The notes under the pieces are model-generated. The model did no database searches. It saw only the letters and a list, made by a program, of their open reading frames with translations, and was not told the origin of the DNA. A DNA stretch of 63,915 nucleotides, counting the filler, from Armatimonadota bacterium (GTDB lineage Bacteria > Armatimonadota > Fimbriimonadia > Fimbriimonadales > Fimbriimonadaceae): NCBI GenBank assembly GCA_031400935.1. It is 8 parts of 8 records of this genome, joined end to end, with 100 filler letters (N's around TTAATTAATTAA, not from the genome) between each part and the next. Parts side by side here need not be neighbours in the genome. Positions count along the whole stretch, not along the records: positions 1 to 10,992 come from JANNQV010000016.1; 7 more parts are not named here. The stretch is one strand, 5' to 3'. Shown here piece after piece: positions 1 through 9,586 of this stretch. The translations under genes and the position numbers were made by a program. Every line of letters begins with the position of its first letter. Within the stretch, counting starts at the first letter, position 1.

Positions 1-1566
1 TGAGTGTCTGAGTTTGTCCACATCGGAAAGGTCGGATTTTGTTTGAGTTTTCAGGCCCTCAATTAGAACCTCCATTGCCTGATCAAGCGCGCCTTCCGGC
101 CCATGGAATCCTCGTGCTTGGATGACTGGATCACCTACAATTTCACCGTTTTCGACATCTACGACTACGGTTACCGCAATGATTCCATCCCGTGAGAGAT
201 TGGATCGGTCCCGTAACGTCTCGTCTGTAATGCCAGGAGTGCCGCTGTAATCAACCAATACACGCCCGCAGACGACTTTAGTGCCTTCCTCGGCACTTGT
301 AGCGCCAATCTCAAGCGGAATGCCGTCTTCGAGGCAAAAAAGGCGGTGTTCAGGGAATCCCATTTCCATCGCAATCTGCAAATAACGATGCTGATGCCTT
401 GGCTCGCCGTGCACTGGCGCCAGATAGTACGGCTTGAGGATATTGATCATCATCTTCAGCTCCTCTTGATAGGCATGCCCTGAGACATGGATGGGAATTG
501 CCGAATCGTAAATTACTTTTGCGCCTTGGCGGAAGAGCCGGTTAATCGTTCTCCAAATTGCTGCTTCGTTTCCTGGAATCGGTCGGGCTGAGTAAATCAG
601 AGTGTCGCCTTCTCGAATCTGCAATCTGCCATATTCGCCTTTCGACATCTGTACAAGCGCCGACATCGGTTCGCCTTGGCTTCCAGTAGTGAGAATGGCA
701 AGCTGGCTTGGTTCGTGCTTTCGTAGTTCGTCGAGCGGGATACGGACTCCTTTAGGAATTTTGAGGTAGCCCATTCGTTCGCAAGAATCCGTGTTCTGCT
801 CCATCCTGCGCCCAACGACCGCCACTTTTCGGCCTGTTTCAGAAGCTACGTCGTACACCTGCTGCATCCGGTGAATGTTGCTTGCAAAAGTTGTGAGGAG
901 CACACGTCCTGCGGCTTCTTGAAATACTTGGCGAAGCCCGTTGCTAACTGATCGCTCGCTCGGCCCCCAGCCTGGACGTTCGACATTTGTCGAGTCAGAC
1001 AAAAGGCAAACAACTCCTTCGTTGCCGATTTCTGCCAGGCGATTCATGTTTGTTAACTTGCCATCTACAGGCGTAAAGTCGAATTTGAAGTCACCGGTGA
1101 AGAAGACAATTCCATGATTCGTTCGAACCGCAAAACAGGCGTTTTCAGGAATCGAGTGAGTAACCCTTATCGGCTCTACCGAAAGCGAACCGACTTCGAT
1201 GATGTCCCCGAAGGCGTAGGTTCGCAAGTCGAGGTTTTTCAGCGAAAACTTTTCTTCCAGTTTGTTGCGAATGAGAAGTTGCGTGAATTCAGAAGCAAAA
1301 ACAGGCACGTTTAGCTGAGCCAAAAGATATGGCAATGAACCTACGTGGTCTTCATGGGCATGGGTAAGAAAGACGCCTCTAACCCGGTCCTTGTTTTCTA
1401 AAAGGTATGTGAAATCTGGAATGACGATGTCCACCCCAAACATTTCCTCGTTCGGGAAGGCAAGGCCGCAGTCAATGACAATGATGTCGTCGCCTTGCTC
1501 AACTACCGTACAATTCTTTCCAATTTCGCCGACGCCGCCTAAGGGGATGATCTTTACTTCACTCAT
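1..1566 (-). CDS. rnj: Ribonuclease J (3' end runs off the window)
   Basis: Absent from the ORF track (no stop in window). Manual translation from ATG 1566: MSEVKIIPLGGVGEIGKN...IDCG...THAHEDHVG, the metallo-beta-lactamase RNase J signature. Confidence 0.93.
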   Translation of the reverse strand, partial: MSEVKIIPLGGVGEIGKNCTVVEQGDDIIVIDCGLAFPNEEMFGVDIVIPDFTYLLENKDRVRGVFLTHAHEDHVGSLPYLLAQLNVPVFASEFTQLLIRNKLEEKFSLKNLDLRTYAFGDIIEVGSLSVEPIRVTHSIPENACFAVRTNHGIVFFTGDFKFDFTPVDGKLTNMNRLAEIGNEGVVCLLSDSTNVERPGWGPSERSVSNGLRQVFQEAAGRVLLTTFASNIHRMQQVYDVASETGRKVAVVGRRMEQNTDSCERMGYLKIPKGVRIPLDELRKHEPSQLAILTTGSQGEPMSALVQMSKGEYGRLQIREGDTLIYSARPIPGNEAAIWRTINRLFRQGAKVIYDSAIPIHVSGHAYQEELKMMINILKPYYLAPVHGEPRHQHRYLQIAMEMGFPEHRLFCLEDGIPLEIGATSAEEGTKVVCGRVLVDYSGTPGITDETLRDRSNLSRDGIIAVTVVVDVENGEIVGDPVIQARGFHGPEGALDQAMEVLIEGLKTQTKSDLSDVDKLRHS

Positions 1567-1590
1567 TCGAACTTACAGGGTACCTGGAGG

Positions 1591-1650
1591 GGATGAACTG
1601 GGTGAAGTGAGTGAAGCGGGTGAAATGGATTAAGTGGGTGAAGTGGATGG
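1591..1650. repeat. Nonamer tandem repeat, about 6 units of GG(G/A)TGAAGT
   Basis: ggatgaact gggtgaagt gagtgaagc gggtgaaat ggattaagt gggtgaagt. Confidence 0.85.
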
Positions 1651-1684
1651 GGAATCCTCAACGCAGTGTCCTACCTGTCCTCGC

Positions 1685-1734
1685 AAACCCTAAACCCCAA
1701 ACCCCGCACCCTGCACTCTGAGCCAACCCTAAAC
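1685..1734. repeat. Heptamer tandem repeat (AAACCCT/GCACCCT type)
   Basis: aaaccct aaacccc aaacccc gcaccct gcactct. Confidence 0.8.
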
Positions 1735-1741
1735 TTTGTGC

Positions 1742-1774
1742 AAAAAAGAACCCCGAATTTACTTCGAGGTTCTT
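1742..1774 (-). terminator. Probable intrinsic terminator of the small lipoprotein gene
   Basis: AAGAACC...GGTTCTT stem followed by a T-run on the minus strand, just after the stop at 1792. Confidence 0.6.
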
Positions 1775-1791
1775 GTAGATGACGATGACCC

Positions 1792-1923
1792 TTACTTTGA
1801 TTCTTCGGTAGCCGGTGCGCTTGTCGAAGCACCATCCGCAGCCGCTTCTTCTTTCGCACCACAACCAGCTAAAACCATTCCAAGCGCGCTCAGCGCCATG
1901 GCGATTAGTAAAATCTTCTTCAT
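1792..1923 (-). CDS. Small lipoprotein (43 aa)
   Basis: GGAGG RBS, ATG at 1923, MKKILLIAMALSALGMVLAGC lipobox, Ala/Glu-rich tail. Confidence 0.75.
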   Translation of the reverse strand: MKKILLIAMALSALGMVLAGCGAKEEAAADGASTSAPATEESK

Positions 1924-2102
1924 ATATATTTGCCTCCTGATTTGTTGAGTTTCCGTGCAAGCACGGTTACTCGTTATACCACTCCCATTGCCTCTTGCTC
2001 TAGGACCAGTATCTATTTCAACGAAAAAAATTAGCAAAAAGTTGCAGGTCAGGCTCAAAATTGATTTTTTGAATGTTGTGAAAATGTGGAAAAGTCGCTA
2101 AT

Positions 2103-2867
2103 TTAGGCTTCCCTATCTTTCTCGTTGTCAATCATTCCATCTTCAAACATCTTTCGAAGCCGCTCTCTGTCGGCTCGTTCTTGCTCCCTCTTTCGAACAT
2201 CGGCAACGAACTCTGGCGAGGTTGACATTCCCGAACGAGTCTTGGTGCTTCGTTTCGCAGAACTTGTTCTTGCACCGTATTTGATCGGCAATTGATCCCT
2301 GGCAAAAAGCGCCGCCAAAATCAACGGAAGCGCAGCAAATATTGCCAATGCAGGATTCGAACCGAAAAACACTAGGCCGACGGACAGCAAAGCAAGCCAC
2401 TTTGCTTTGATTGGAATCACAAACATGAAAAGCGTTGTCAGGTTGGGATATCTGGTTCCCCAAAGAACCGTGACGCAGCTCAAAATCCCCCACGCTCCTA
2501 CGAGAACACCCGAAATTCCTGTAATCGCCGAACCTAGCCAGAGGCACAATGCAGCCAAAACTGTGTACAAAGCGAGAATGGATAAAAACCGGGGACTATG
2601 GTGGTCTCGCTCGATGGCAGTTCCGATATTCCACATCCAAAACGATGCAAAGAGCAATCCGATGAGATCATAGCTAGGAACCAGAAGATAGGTAAACAAC
2701 TGCCAAGGTTTTGTTGCTGCAGTTTCAGTATTGAAAGCAATGAGCGATGCAATATCCTTTTGCGTTCCCCAGCCAATCAAAAAACTTGCCACGATCAAAG
2801 CGATAAATGAAACCGAAACAATCTTGCGATCCCGCACTAAATCTTGAACAAAATTTCCCTTTGACAT
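2103..2867 (-). CDS. Rhomboid-like membrane protein
   Basis: PWQLFTY, multiple TM segments, FVIPIKAKWL, charged C-terminal tail. Confidence 0.65.
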   Translation of the reverse strand: MSKGNFVQDLVRDRKIVSVSFIALIVASFLIGWGTQKDIASLIAFNTETAATKPWQLFTYLLVPSYDLIGLLFASFWMWNIGTAIERDHHSPRFLSILALYTVLAALCLWLGSAITGISGVLVGAWGILSCVTVLWGTRYPNLTTLFMFVIPIKAKWLALLSVGLVFFGSNPALAIFAALPLILAALFARDQLPIKYGARTSSAKRSTKTRSGMSTSPEFVADVRKREQERADRERLRKMFEDGMIDNEKDREA

Positions 2868-2943
2868 TACTTTCCTTTCAACCTATCGGGCTAAGATTCC
2901 GTTTCCTTCACGTACAATAGACGAAATGGATCGGCGGCTGCTT

Positions 2944-3053
2944 CTTTGGGAGTGCGCGGGCTTGACCGCGCCTTTACAAAAATTCAGCATACCGCCAGAA
3001 TTTGAGAAATCTGAAAGTTAAATAAGCGCGGTCAACCCCGCGCACTCCCAAAG
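2944..3053. repeat. REP-doublet/MITE-like element: 28-bp inverted repeats (1 mismatch) around a 54-bp spacer
   Basis: ctttgggagtgcgcgggcttgaccgcgc (2944-2971) versus gcgcggtcaaccccgcgcactcccaaag (3026-3053). Confidence 0.8.
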
Positions 3054-3055
3054 CA

Positions 3056-3547
3056 ATGAACTACTTTGTAATTTGGCCCGATGGGCAGCGATTCGGCCCA
3101 GTTGATCTCGCCACGCTTCAGCAGTGGCAAATCGAAAATCGTGTGGACAACAACACGATCTTAGAAGATGCCAAGAACGGCAACCGAATTCGGGCGGAAT
3201 TGGTTTTAGGTCAAGCTGGAATTCCCCCAACGACAACACCGTTTTCACAGCCGAGTCAGACTCAGAATCCGTACGTTGGCTATCCACGGAATGTGAGTTA
3301 CCCCAGTTCAGTGCAGGTTGCAAATGGAAAAACAGAGCTAACGGTGTCGTACATTTGCGGTGCACTCGGAATTGCACTTGCTTGCTGCATTCCAATAGTT
3401 GTACCAATCATCGGGCTAGTCCTTGGAATTGTCGCGAAAAACAAGGGGCAGACCGGTGCTGGAGGGGCAATCGCGCTGAACGTAGTCGGGCTCGTCATTT
3501 CTGGCGTCCTGTTTCTCTTTGGAATGGCGTCTATGTTCACCGGATAG
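3056..3547 (+). CDS. GYF_2-like / DUF4190-like membrane protein
   Basis: N-terminal YFV...GQRFGPV...LQQW, Pro/Gln linker, C-terminal TM hairpin. Confidence 0.65.
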   Translation: MNYFVIWPDGQRFGPVDLATLQQWQIENRVDNNTILEDAKNGNRIRAELVLGQAGIPPTTTPFSQPSQTQNPYVGYPRNVSYPSSVQVANGKTELTVSYICGALGIALACCIPIVVPIIGLVLGIVAKNKGQTGAGGAIALNVVGLVISGVLFLFGMASMFTG

Positions 3548-3579
3548 AACTTCCGCTCACATAGTAGAATCACGAGATC

Positions 3580-6144
3580 GTGGCGATACTTCCAATTCTT
3601 CTTTGTGCTTCCGTATTCTCTGCTCCAAAGAGCTTTGACTTCTACCCGCACGGCCCATACGACTCTACGATTCCAAAACCAGAATCAATCCTTGGATACA
3701 AGCCTGGGGAGAAGCACACAACATTTCGAGAGCAAGAAATCGTCATTAATGCGATAACCAAGGCTGCTCCGAAGCGCACAAAGATCTTCGAATTCGGCAA
3801 ATCATGGGAGAATCGTCCGCTAAAACTCATTGCTATAGGAAGCGAAGAGAATATCGCCCGATTGGAACTCCTTCGAAAGCGTATGGCAACCCTCGCTGCC
3901 GGGCAGCAACTGAAGCCAAACGAAATTGCCGAACTTCCCGCCTTCGTCTGGATCAACCAAACGATTCATGGGAACGAATCTGCCTCGTTTGAAGCGGCAA
4001 TGTGGACTCTATACAATTTGACGGCCTCAAAGGGCAAAGCAATTATTGATGCCTTTAAGAATACAGTCGTGCTTTTGAATCCCGTTTACAACCCGGACGG
4101 GCACGAGAGATTTGTAGTTTGGAACCGCTCGCTTGCCGTTTCGAGCGACCATCCTCAGGCTTTTGAAGGATTCGAGCCGCGGTGGGTTCATGGTCGAACG
4201 AACCATTACCGATTCGACATGAACCGAGACAGAATTGCCTTTTCGCAAGCAGAAACCATTGCCGAAGTTCGTGAATACAACCGCTGGACGCCTCAGGTTT
4301 ACATTGATCAGCACGGCCAAACCGATGAATATTTCTTCCCTCCAAATGCGATGGCAACCAACGTGAACGTGGATCGCGACCGGCTGGAGAAGTGGACGCA
4401 GATTTTTGGCAGAAGCTACGCCAAGGCTTTTGACAAGCAAGGGTGGCTCTACTACGTTCGAGACGGGTTCGATTTTTACGCGCCGTGCTATTTGGACACG
4501 TACGCTCAGCTTCTAGGCGCAATTGGCATGACCCACGAAACCGATGGCGGCCGACGTTTGAATGACACGAAAGATGATGGATCTCCGTTGACGGTTGAAT
4601 TGGGAATGGCAAAGCATTTCACAACTGCTATTACGACCGTTCTAACTGCCTCTGCAAACCATGACGACTTGATGACTTCATTCATTTCGTACCGGGCAAA
4701 GGCAGTTTCAGGAGATCATGCCGGAAAGTTCAAGAGAGTGGTGGTTACATCGGCGGATTCACGGCCATTGAAACGGCTTGCCGCTCAGTTGTCTCGCGCA
4801 GGCATTCAATCATTCGTCGCAAATTCAAACTTCACCAGCGATTCGGCACACGATTATTGGTCGGAAACAGTCGGTGCAAAGGAGTTCCCCGCTGGAAGTT
4901 TGGTCATTGACATGGCTCAGCCAAACGGGCAGCTTGCAAAGACCCTCTTAGAACCCGGGCAGGACTTTGAGAAGGAGTTCATTGCAAATCAAATTCGAAT
5001 TGGCGAGAAGATTGACAAAAAGGAGCAATATCCTGATGCCGAGTTTCCAGAGTTCTACGATATTACTGGGTGGAGCCTCATTTATGGGCACAACCTTTCG
5101 GCTTGGTGGTGCGAGTCTGAAACGGCGATCCCAATAGTTTATCGGGCTACAAAGTCCGAATCCCGACTTCCGGATATTGATTCAAGTGACGTGGGCTTTG
5201 TCCTCGAATACACTGATCAGAACGATATTCTCGCAGTCTTTCATTTGGCTTCCGAAGGAGTCAAGTGCCGTGTGATGACGAAAGAAATGAAGCTTGGCGA
5301 GAGAACCTTTGCCAAGGGGACGTTCTATTTCTTGAAGGGTAGAAACGAGGACGATCTTTCCAAAAAACTCCTGGAAGCCGCTGGCAAATTTCCTGGATTG
5401 AGGTTTTCCAAGCTCGAAACCAGTTTCCCGGAATCGGGCAGGAACTCCCCCGGAGGTCCCGGTCAACAAGCCATTCGCGAACCCAAAATCGGCGTGATTT
5501 TTGGCGACAATTCTTCGACTCAGGATTTTGGAAGCCTTTGGTATTTACTGGAACAGGAGTTCAAAATTCCATTTGTGCCGCTTCATAAAAACGCTCTGAA
5601 CGGCGATCTGAGCGAATTCACCTGCATCCTCTTTCCTGGAGGATCGAATATTGTCAGCGACAAAGTAAAGACCTGGATTCAAGCAGGTGGATGCGCGATA
5701 GTTCTAGGCTCGCCGGATTGGGCAATTGGAGAAGGCAAATTTGCGAAGCTTGACAAAGTCGGCGATGACAAATCTTCCCCAAAATCAATTCCCGGTGCCT
5801 TTTTCCTAGCTGAATTGGATCCAAAATCATTCTTGAGCAACGGATATCCACCAGTCAAAACCGGAAAGATGCCATTTGCCATTCAAGCGGATGGCAACGA
5901 CTTCTGGAAGGGCGGCACAGGAGGTTTGGGAGCTGTCACATTCGGTGATTCGGAAAAGAAACTACTTTCTGGCTGGTCATGGCCGAATGATTCGGAGAAG
6001 AATTTGAAAGGCGTCCATGCAGTTTACGAGATGCCTATGGGAAGCGGAAAGGCAATCATCTTTAGCTGGAACCCCATAGAGAGGGCCATGCTTCCCGGGC
6101 AGAACAAGTTGCTCTTGAATGCGATGCTCTTGGGTCCGGGGTAG
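3580..6144 (+). CDS. M14-family zinc carboxypeptidase (exported)
   Basis: IHGNE, NPDG, DMNRD and DQHG motifs. Confidence 0.85.
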   Translation: MAILPILLCASVFSAPKSFDFYPHGPYDSTIPKPESILGYKPGEKHTTFREQEIVINAITKAAPKRTKIFEFGKSWENRPLKLIAIGSEENIARLELLRKRMATLAAGQQLKPNEIAELPAFVWINQTIHGNESASFEAAMWTLYNLTASKGKAIIDAFKNTVVLLNPVYNPDGHERFVVWNRSLAVSSDHPQAFEGFEPRWVHGRTNHYRFDMNRDRIAFSQAETIAEVREYNRWTPQVYIDQHGQTDEYFFPPNAMATNVNVDRDRLEKWTQIFGRSYAKAFDKQGWLYYVRDGFDFYAPCYLDTYAQLLGAIGMTHETDGGRRLNDTKDDGSPLTVELGMAKHFTTAITTVLTASANHDDLMTSFISYRAKAVSGDHAGKFKRVVVTSADSRPLKRLAAQLSRAGIQSFVANSNFTSDSAHDYWSETVGAKEFPAGSLVIDMAQPNGQLAKTLLEPGQDFEKEFIANQIRIGEKIDKKEQYPDAEFPEFYDITGWSLIYGHNLSAWWCESETAIPIVYRATKSESRLPDIDSSDVGFVLEYTDQNDILAVFHLASEGVKCRVMTKEMKLGERTFAKGTFYFLKGRNEDDLSKKLLEAAGKFPGLRFSKLETSFPESGRNSPGGPGQQAIREPKIGVIFGDNSSTQDFGSLWYLLEQEFKIPFVPLHKNALNGDLSEFTCILFPGGSNIVSDKVKTWIQAGGCAIVLGSPDWAIGEGKFAKLDKVGDDKSSPKSIPGAFFLAELDPKSFLSNGYPPVKTGKMPFAIQADGNDFWKGGTGGLGAVTFGDSEKKLLSGWSWPNDSEKNLKGVHAVYEMPMGSGKAIIFSWNPIERAMLPGQNKLLLNAMLLGPG

Positions 6145-6172
6145 AGCCGTGTGGCTGAATGGGTATGTGGAT

Positions 6173-6259
6173 TTGTCATATGTTAATCTGACTAATTAAT
6201 GCAATTAGTCAGATTAACATATGACAATACGCACTAATATGTCATAATAAAAGTTGACA
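6173..6259. promoter_or_regulatory. Three TGTCA-N10-TGACA operator-like sites; the first two form a perfect 25-bp inverted repeat
   Basis: Sites start at 6174, 6207 and 6240 (33-bp period); IR arms 6173-6197 and 6203-6227; site 3 overlaps the ATG at 6259. Confidence 0.75.
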
Positions 6260-6720
6260 TGGATGCAAATTCACGAAAACTGAGACGAACTCAACTAGAT
6301 CAGCAACTTCTCCATCACTTCAACACCGAAATACCGCCAACTCCACGAGGAGGATGGATACGTGCAATTCGTCAAGCGCTCGGTATGAACTATGAAGTGC
6401 TAGGCAAGCGCCTTGGTGTTTCAAAGCAAACTGCTCACCAACTCGAGAAAGCCGAATCGAGTGGATCACTAACTATCAATAGAATGCGTGCTGCTGCGAA
6501 TGCCCTCGAATGCGACCTGGCTATATTGCTCATTCCACGCCAATCCCTCGAGAAAACCATACTCGAAAGAGCCACAGTGGTAAGTACAGTCGAAGTAATG
6601 TGGATCAAACATGCTATGGCATTGGAACAGCAGGCAATATCTCAGGACAGAATTGAACAAATGATAGTTGACCGGGCATCAGAAAAAATTGAAAGAGGTG
6701 ACCAGGAAATTTGGGAATGA
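6259..6720 (+). CDS. Mobile mystery protein A (XRE-type HTH)
   Basis: PRGGWIRAIRQALGM...LGVSKQ...LEKAE..G...MALEQQ matches the TIGR02612 family pattern; paired with a Fic gene. Confidence 0.9.
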   Translation: MDANSRKLRRTQLDQQLLHHFNTEIPPTPRGGWIRAIRQALGMNYEVLGKRLGVSKQTAHQLEKAESSGSLTINRMRAAANALECDLAILLIPRQSLEKTILERATVVSTVEVMWIKHAMALEQQAISQDRIEQMIVDRASEKIERGDQEIWE

Positions 6721-7304
6721 ACGCTGAACAACATAATGGCGCAACTCCAATTGATCCAAACGAAGCTGAAGGACTGATTCCAAGCTTGTCTACACAGGCA
6801 GAGTTGAACGAATTTGAAGCCTCAAACATGGATTTTGCCAAGATCTGGGCGAACAAGAGCACCAAAATCAAGCGCAATCTTCTAGATCAGCAGACCCTCA
6901 AATTACTTCACAATCGAATGTTCGGCAAGACCTGGCGTTGGGCAGGCAGTTATCGAAGGACTCAGAAGTCAATTGGGTGTGATGCGTGGAATATCGCTGC
7001 CGAACTGAAAAGCCTCTTAGATGATGTTGACGTTTGGCTCAAGAGCAAGGCTTACACACCAAATGAGATAGCGGCACGCTTTCATCATCGCTTGGTTTTG
7101 ATCCACCCGTTCCCAAATGGAAACGGACGTTTCGCACGCTTGGCTACCGATCTCCTCTGCCAGCAGCAGGGTTGGAAAGTTTCGGCTTGGGGGCATTCTA
7201 ATTTGATAGCTGGTGCGGCACGCACAGAATACATAAGTTCATTGAGGGCGGCTGACAGTTCCAATTACGAAAGCCTAATATCGTTCATGTTTCCAGAAAA
7301 CTGA
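6717..7304 (+). CDS. Mobile mystery protein B (Fic domain)
   Basis: GATPIDP..EGLIP, W.WAG.YR, intact Fic motif HPFPNGNGRFAR; overlaps the A stop (ATGA); alternative start 6711. Confidence 0.9.
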   Translation: MNAEQHNGATPIDPNEAEGLIPSLSTQAELNEFEASNMDFAKIWANKSTKIKRNLLDQQTLKLLHNRMFGKTWRWAGSYRRTQKSIGCDAWNIAAELKSLLDDVDVWLKSKAYTPNEIAARFHHRLVLIHPFPNGNGRFARLATDLLCQQQGWKVSAWGHSNLIAGAARTEYISSLRAADSSNYESLISFMFPEN

Positions 7305-7333
7305 AGAAATCAAGAGCAATCCGGTCAAATAAT

Positions 7334-7408
7334 TGGAGCGGGCGACGAGATTCGAACTCGCGACTCTCTGCTTGGGAAGCAGACACTCTACCACTGAGTT
7401 ACACCCGC
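7334..7408 (-). tRNA. tRNA-Gly(CCC)
   Basis: Reverse complement GCGGGTGTAACTCAGTGGTAGAGTGTCTGCTTCCCAAGCAGAGAGTCGCGAGTTCGAATCTCGTCGCCCGCTCCA; anticodon CCC, encoded CCA. Confidence 0.95.
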
Positions 7409-7430
7409 AAATACTCGAACAACAAATTCT

Positions 7431-7504
7431 TGGAGCGGGCGATGAGAATCGAACTCACATGGCCAGCTTGGAAGGCTGGAGCTTTACCACTAAGCTACGC
7501 CCGC
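7431..7504 (-). tRNA. tRNA-Gly(TCC)
   Basis: Reverse complement GCGGGCGTAGCTTAGTGGTAAAGCTCCAGCCTTCCAAGCTGGCCATGTGAGTTCGATTCTCATCGCCCGCTCCA; anticodon TCC. Confidence 0.95.
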
Positions 7505-7578
7505 TCGCGACTATCATTGTGGATTGCTAGAGCAGGAATGTCAAGGCTGCACCCTAAAGTGCAGCCTTCACTCATTAC

Positions 7579-8724
7579 TTAGCGGTTTGCAAAAACGCCT
7601 TCAAGCGTCTTGTCAAGTGCCGCGCCTCGCAAACTGCCAACATTTGCCAGAATTTTTCCTGTATTTCCATCCACCAAAAGGCAGAAAGGAATGCCTTCAA
7701 CGGCATACTGTGCGCCGATCGTCGTGCTCCAATATCTGCCCTCGTAAATTTGAGCCCACGGCATATCGTGCTCTTTCGTAAACGAATTCACTTTCTCAGC
7801 CATATTCGCTTGATCGAAGCTGATTCCAAGGACTTCAAATCCTTTGTCATGATATTTTTTGTAAGCAGCGATTACATTTGGAAGCTCTGCAATGCAAGGC
7901 CCGCACCAGGTAGCCCAAAAGTCCATCATGACAATTTTGCCTTTGTAAGAACTTGGAAATTCCATTTTCGTCCCGTCAATAGTTACAGCTGAAAACTTCG
8001 GAGCATCTTTCCCGACCCCTAAGTCCGGAGGTAGGGGAATTTCGTCAACAGTTTTTTCAGATTTGACTACTGTTAACGATCCAGACTCAGCTTTGAGTTC
8101 GTACGTTGTACCGCCAAAATTGAATGGCATCGTGCTTGAAATCGTCTCGCTTCGTCCGTTGTTCTTCCCATCATTGTTCCGGTCAACCCAAATTCTTGAA
8201 GCACCTTGCAAGGGTCCAGCCAAACCTACGGTCAACAAGTCTTTGCCAAATTTGAGTTTGCCTTCATAGCCAAAATCGGCGTAGTACAGAACAACCTCTT
8301 TGAGCGCAGCCCTTTGAGGATCATTTGGATCAAAGCGGTAAGCGTTTACAGTGCCCGATTTGCCAGCCATTGCGACTTGGAACGAACCAGAATACATTGT
8401 AAAGCCGCCTTGCACTTTCGGTGTCCAAATAACCGCAGAATCATCTCCAAAATTGCCGTTCTTGTTCGAATCTACGAAGAGTCGAGCTGGCTTGCCCTCT
8501 TGCTCATCTAAAACAAAATCGAAGCTATATTCCCCAAAGACGAGTTTTCCTGCTTTGCCAGCTGAAACCCCTTTGTCTGCAAGGCCACTAAAGGAAGTCC
8601 CAACAACCATGTTCGCTCGAATCGGAACGTATCCACCCATTTTGGATGTCATGCCTTTGGAAACGAATTGAAGCCCACCGCCCTGGAGCGCAGCGCCTAA
8701 GACAAAAAGAGTTGAAATGCTCAT
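7579..8724 (-). CDS. TlpA/ResA-family thiol-disulfide oxidoreductase with N-terminal extension (exported)
   Basis: DFWATWCGPC, GISFD, GIP; signal peptide. Confidence 0.88.
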   Translation of the reverse strand: MSISTLFVLGAALQGGGLQFVSKGMTSKMGGYVPIRANMVVGTSFSGLADKGVSAGKAGKLVFGEYSFDFVLDEQEGKPARLFVDSNKNGNFGDDSAVIWTPKVQGGFTMYSGSFQVAMAGKSGTVNAYRFDPNDPQRAALKEVVLYYADFGYEGKLKFGKDLLTVGLAGPLQGASRIWVDRNNDGKNNGRSETISSTMPFNFGGTTYELKAESGSLTVVKSEKTVDEIPLPPDLGVGKDAPKFSAVTIDGTKMEFPSSYKGKIVMMDFWATWCGPCIAELPNVIAAYKKYHDKGFEVLGISFDQANMAEKVNSFTKEHDMPWAQIYEGRYWSTTIGAQYAVEGIPFCLLVDGNTGKILANVGSLRGAALDKTLEGVFANR

Positions 8725-8789
8725 AAGGTTATTCTACGCAAATTTTGCTGAAATTGATTACGATATATGTGCTTTGCGAAATGCTAGCT

Positions 8790-9275
8790 TCATCGAGCCA
8801 AATTCAACAACTCATTTATGTCAAGCGGATCAGTGACCATTGCCAATTCACCATCAATTTTGGGCCATTCGCTTTCTGGCCGATCCCAATAAATTTCGAT
8901 TCCGTTTCCATCGGGATCATGAAAGTAAATCGCTTCGCTGACTCCATGGTCGCTGGCGCCGTCAATTTGCACACCCATTTCTACCAGCCTTTTTAAAGAA
9001 GCAGCTAAGGCTTTTCGAGTTGGAAACAAGATTGCAAAGTGGAAAAGTCCTGGCGAAGATCGGGGAGATGGGCTTCCGCCTTTACTCATCCATGTATTCA
9101 GCCCAAGGTGATGATGATAGCTGTCAAACGAAAGGAATGCCGCTGAATCGCCGTATATTTGAGTTAATCGAAGATCGAGCGCATCCTCGTAAAACTTGAT
9201 GCTTCGTTCAAGGTCGGATACCTTGAGGTGTACATGGCCGATTTGTGGGGCTGGTTTCGAAATCATTTCTTGCAT
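8790..9275 (-). CDS. VOC-family (catechol 2,3-dioxygenase-like) protein
   Basis: IGHVHLKV, YHHHLGLNTW, GLFHFA, DHGVSEAIY..DPDGNGIEIY. Confidence 0.85.
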   Translation of the reverse strand: MQEMISKPAPQIGHVHLKVSDLERSIKFYEDALDLRLTQIYGDSAAFLSFDSYHHHLGLNTWMSKGGSPSPRSSPGLFHFAILFPTRKALAASLKRLVEMGVQIDGASDHGVSEAIYFHDPDGNGIEIYWDRPESEWPKIDGELAMVTDPLDINELLNLAR

Positions 9276-9586
9276 CCATTTGGCAAAAGCGGGGAATTAG
9301 GTGCAATGTTCCCGAATTCAGGCGGTGGTTGTTGTCAATTTCCCTCAATTGGAACTTTTCAAGGTGCAACTTGTTTGCTCAAAAAGGCGGAGCTGACCTT
9401 GCCGTTTTCGCAAGTCATTCTTGAATGTGGCTCCGCGGACCGGGATGCGGAGCTTTAGCTTCCGCAGTTGAAATCACGGCGTGTAAGTGGCTCCGCGCTC
9501 CTTTCACATACTCACTTCCTAGCAACACCCAGCCACTTCCCGTCAATCCCTAGCTACTCCCAGCTCCTCCCTGCTAAACTAAAGAA

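Noticed and set aside
9427..9500. gtggctccgcg duplicated around a small hairpin upstream of serC, as a riboswitch
   Set aside because: No recognisable riboswitch consensus; evidence too thin.
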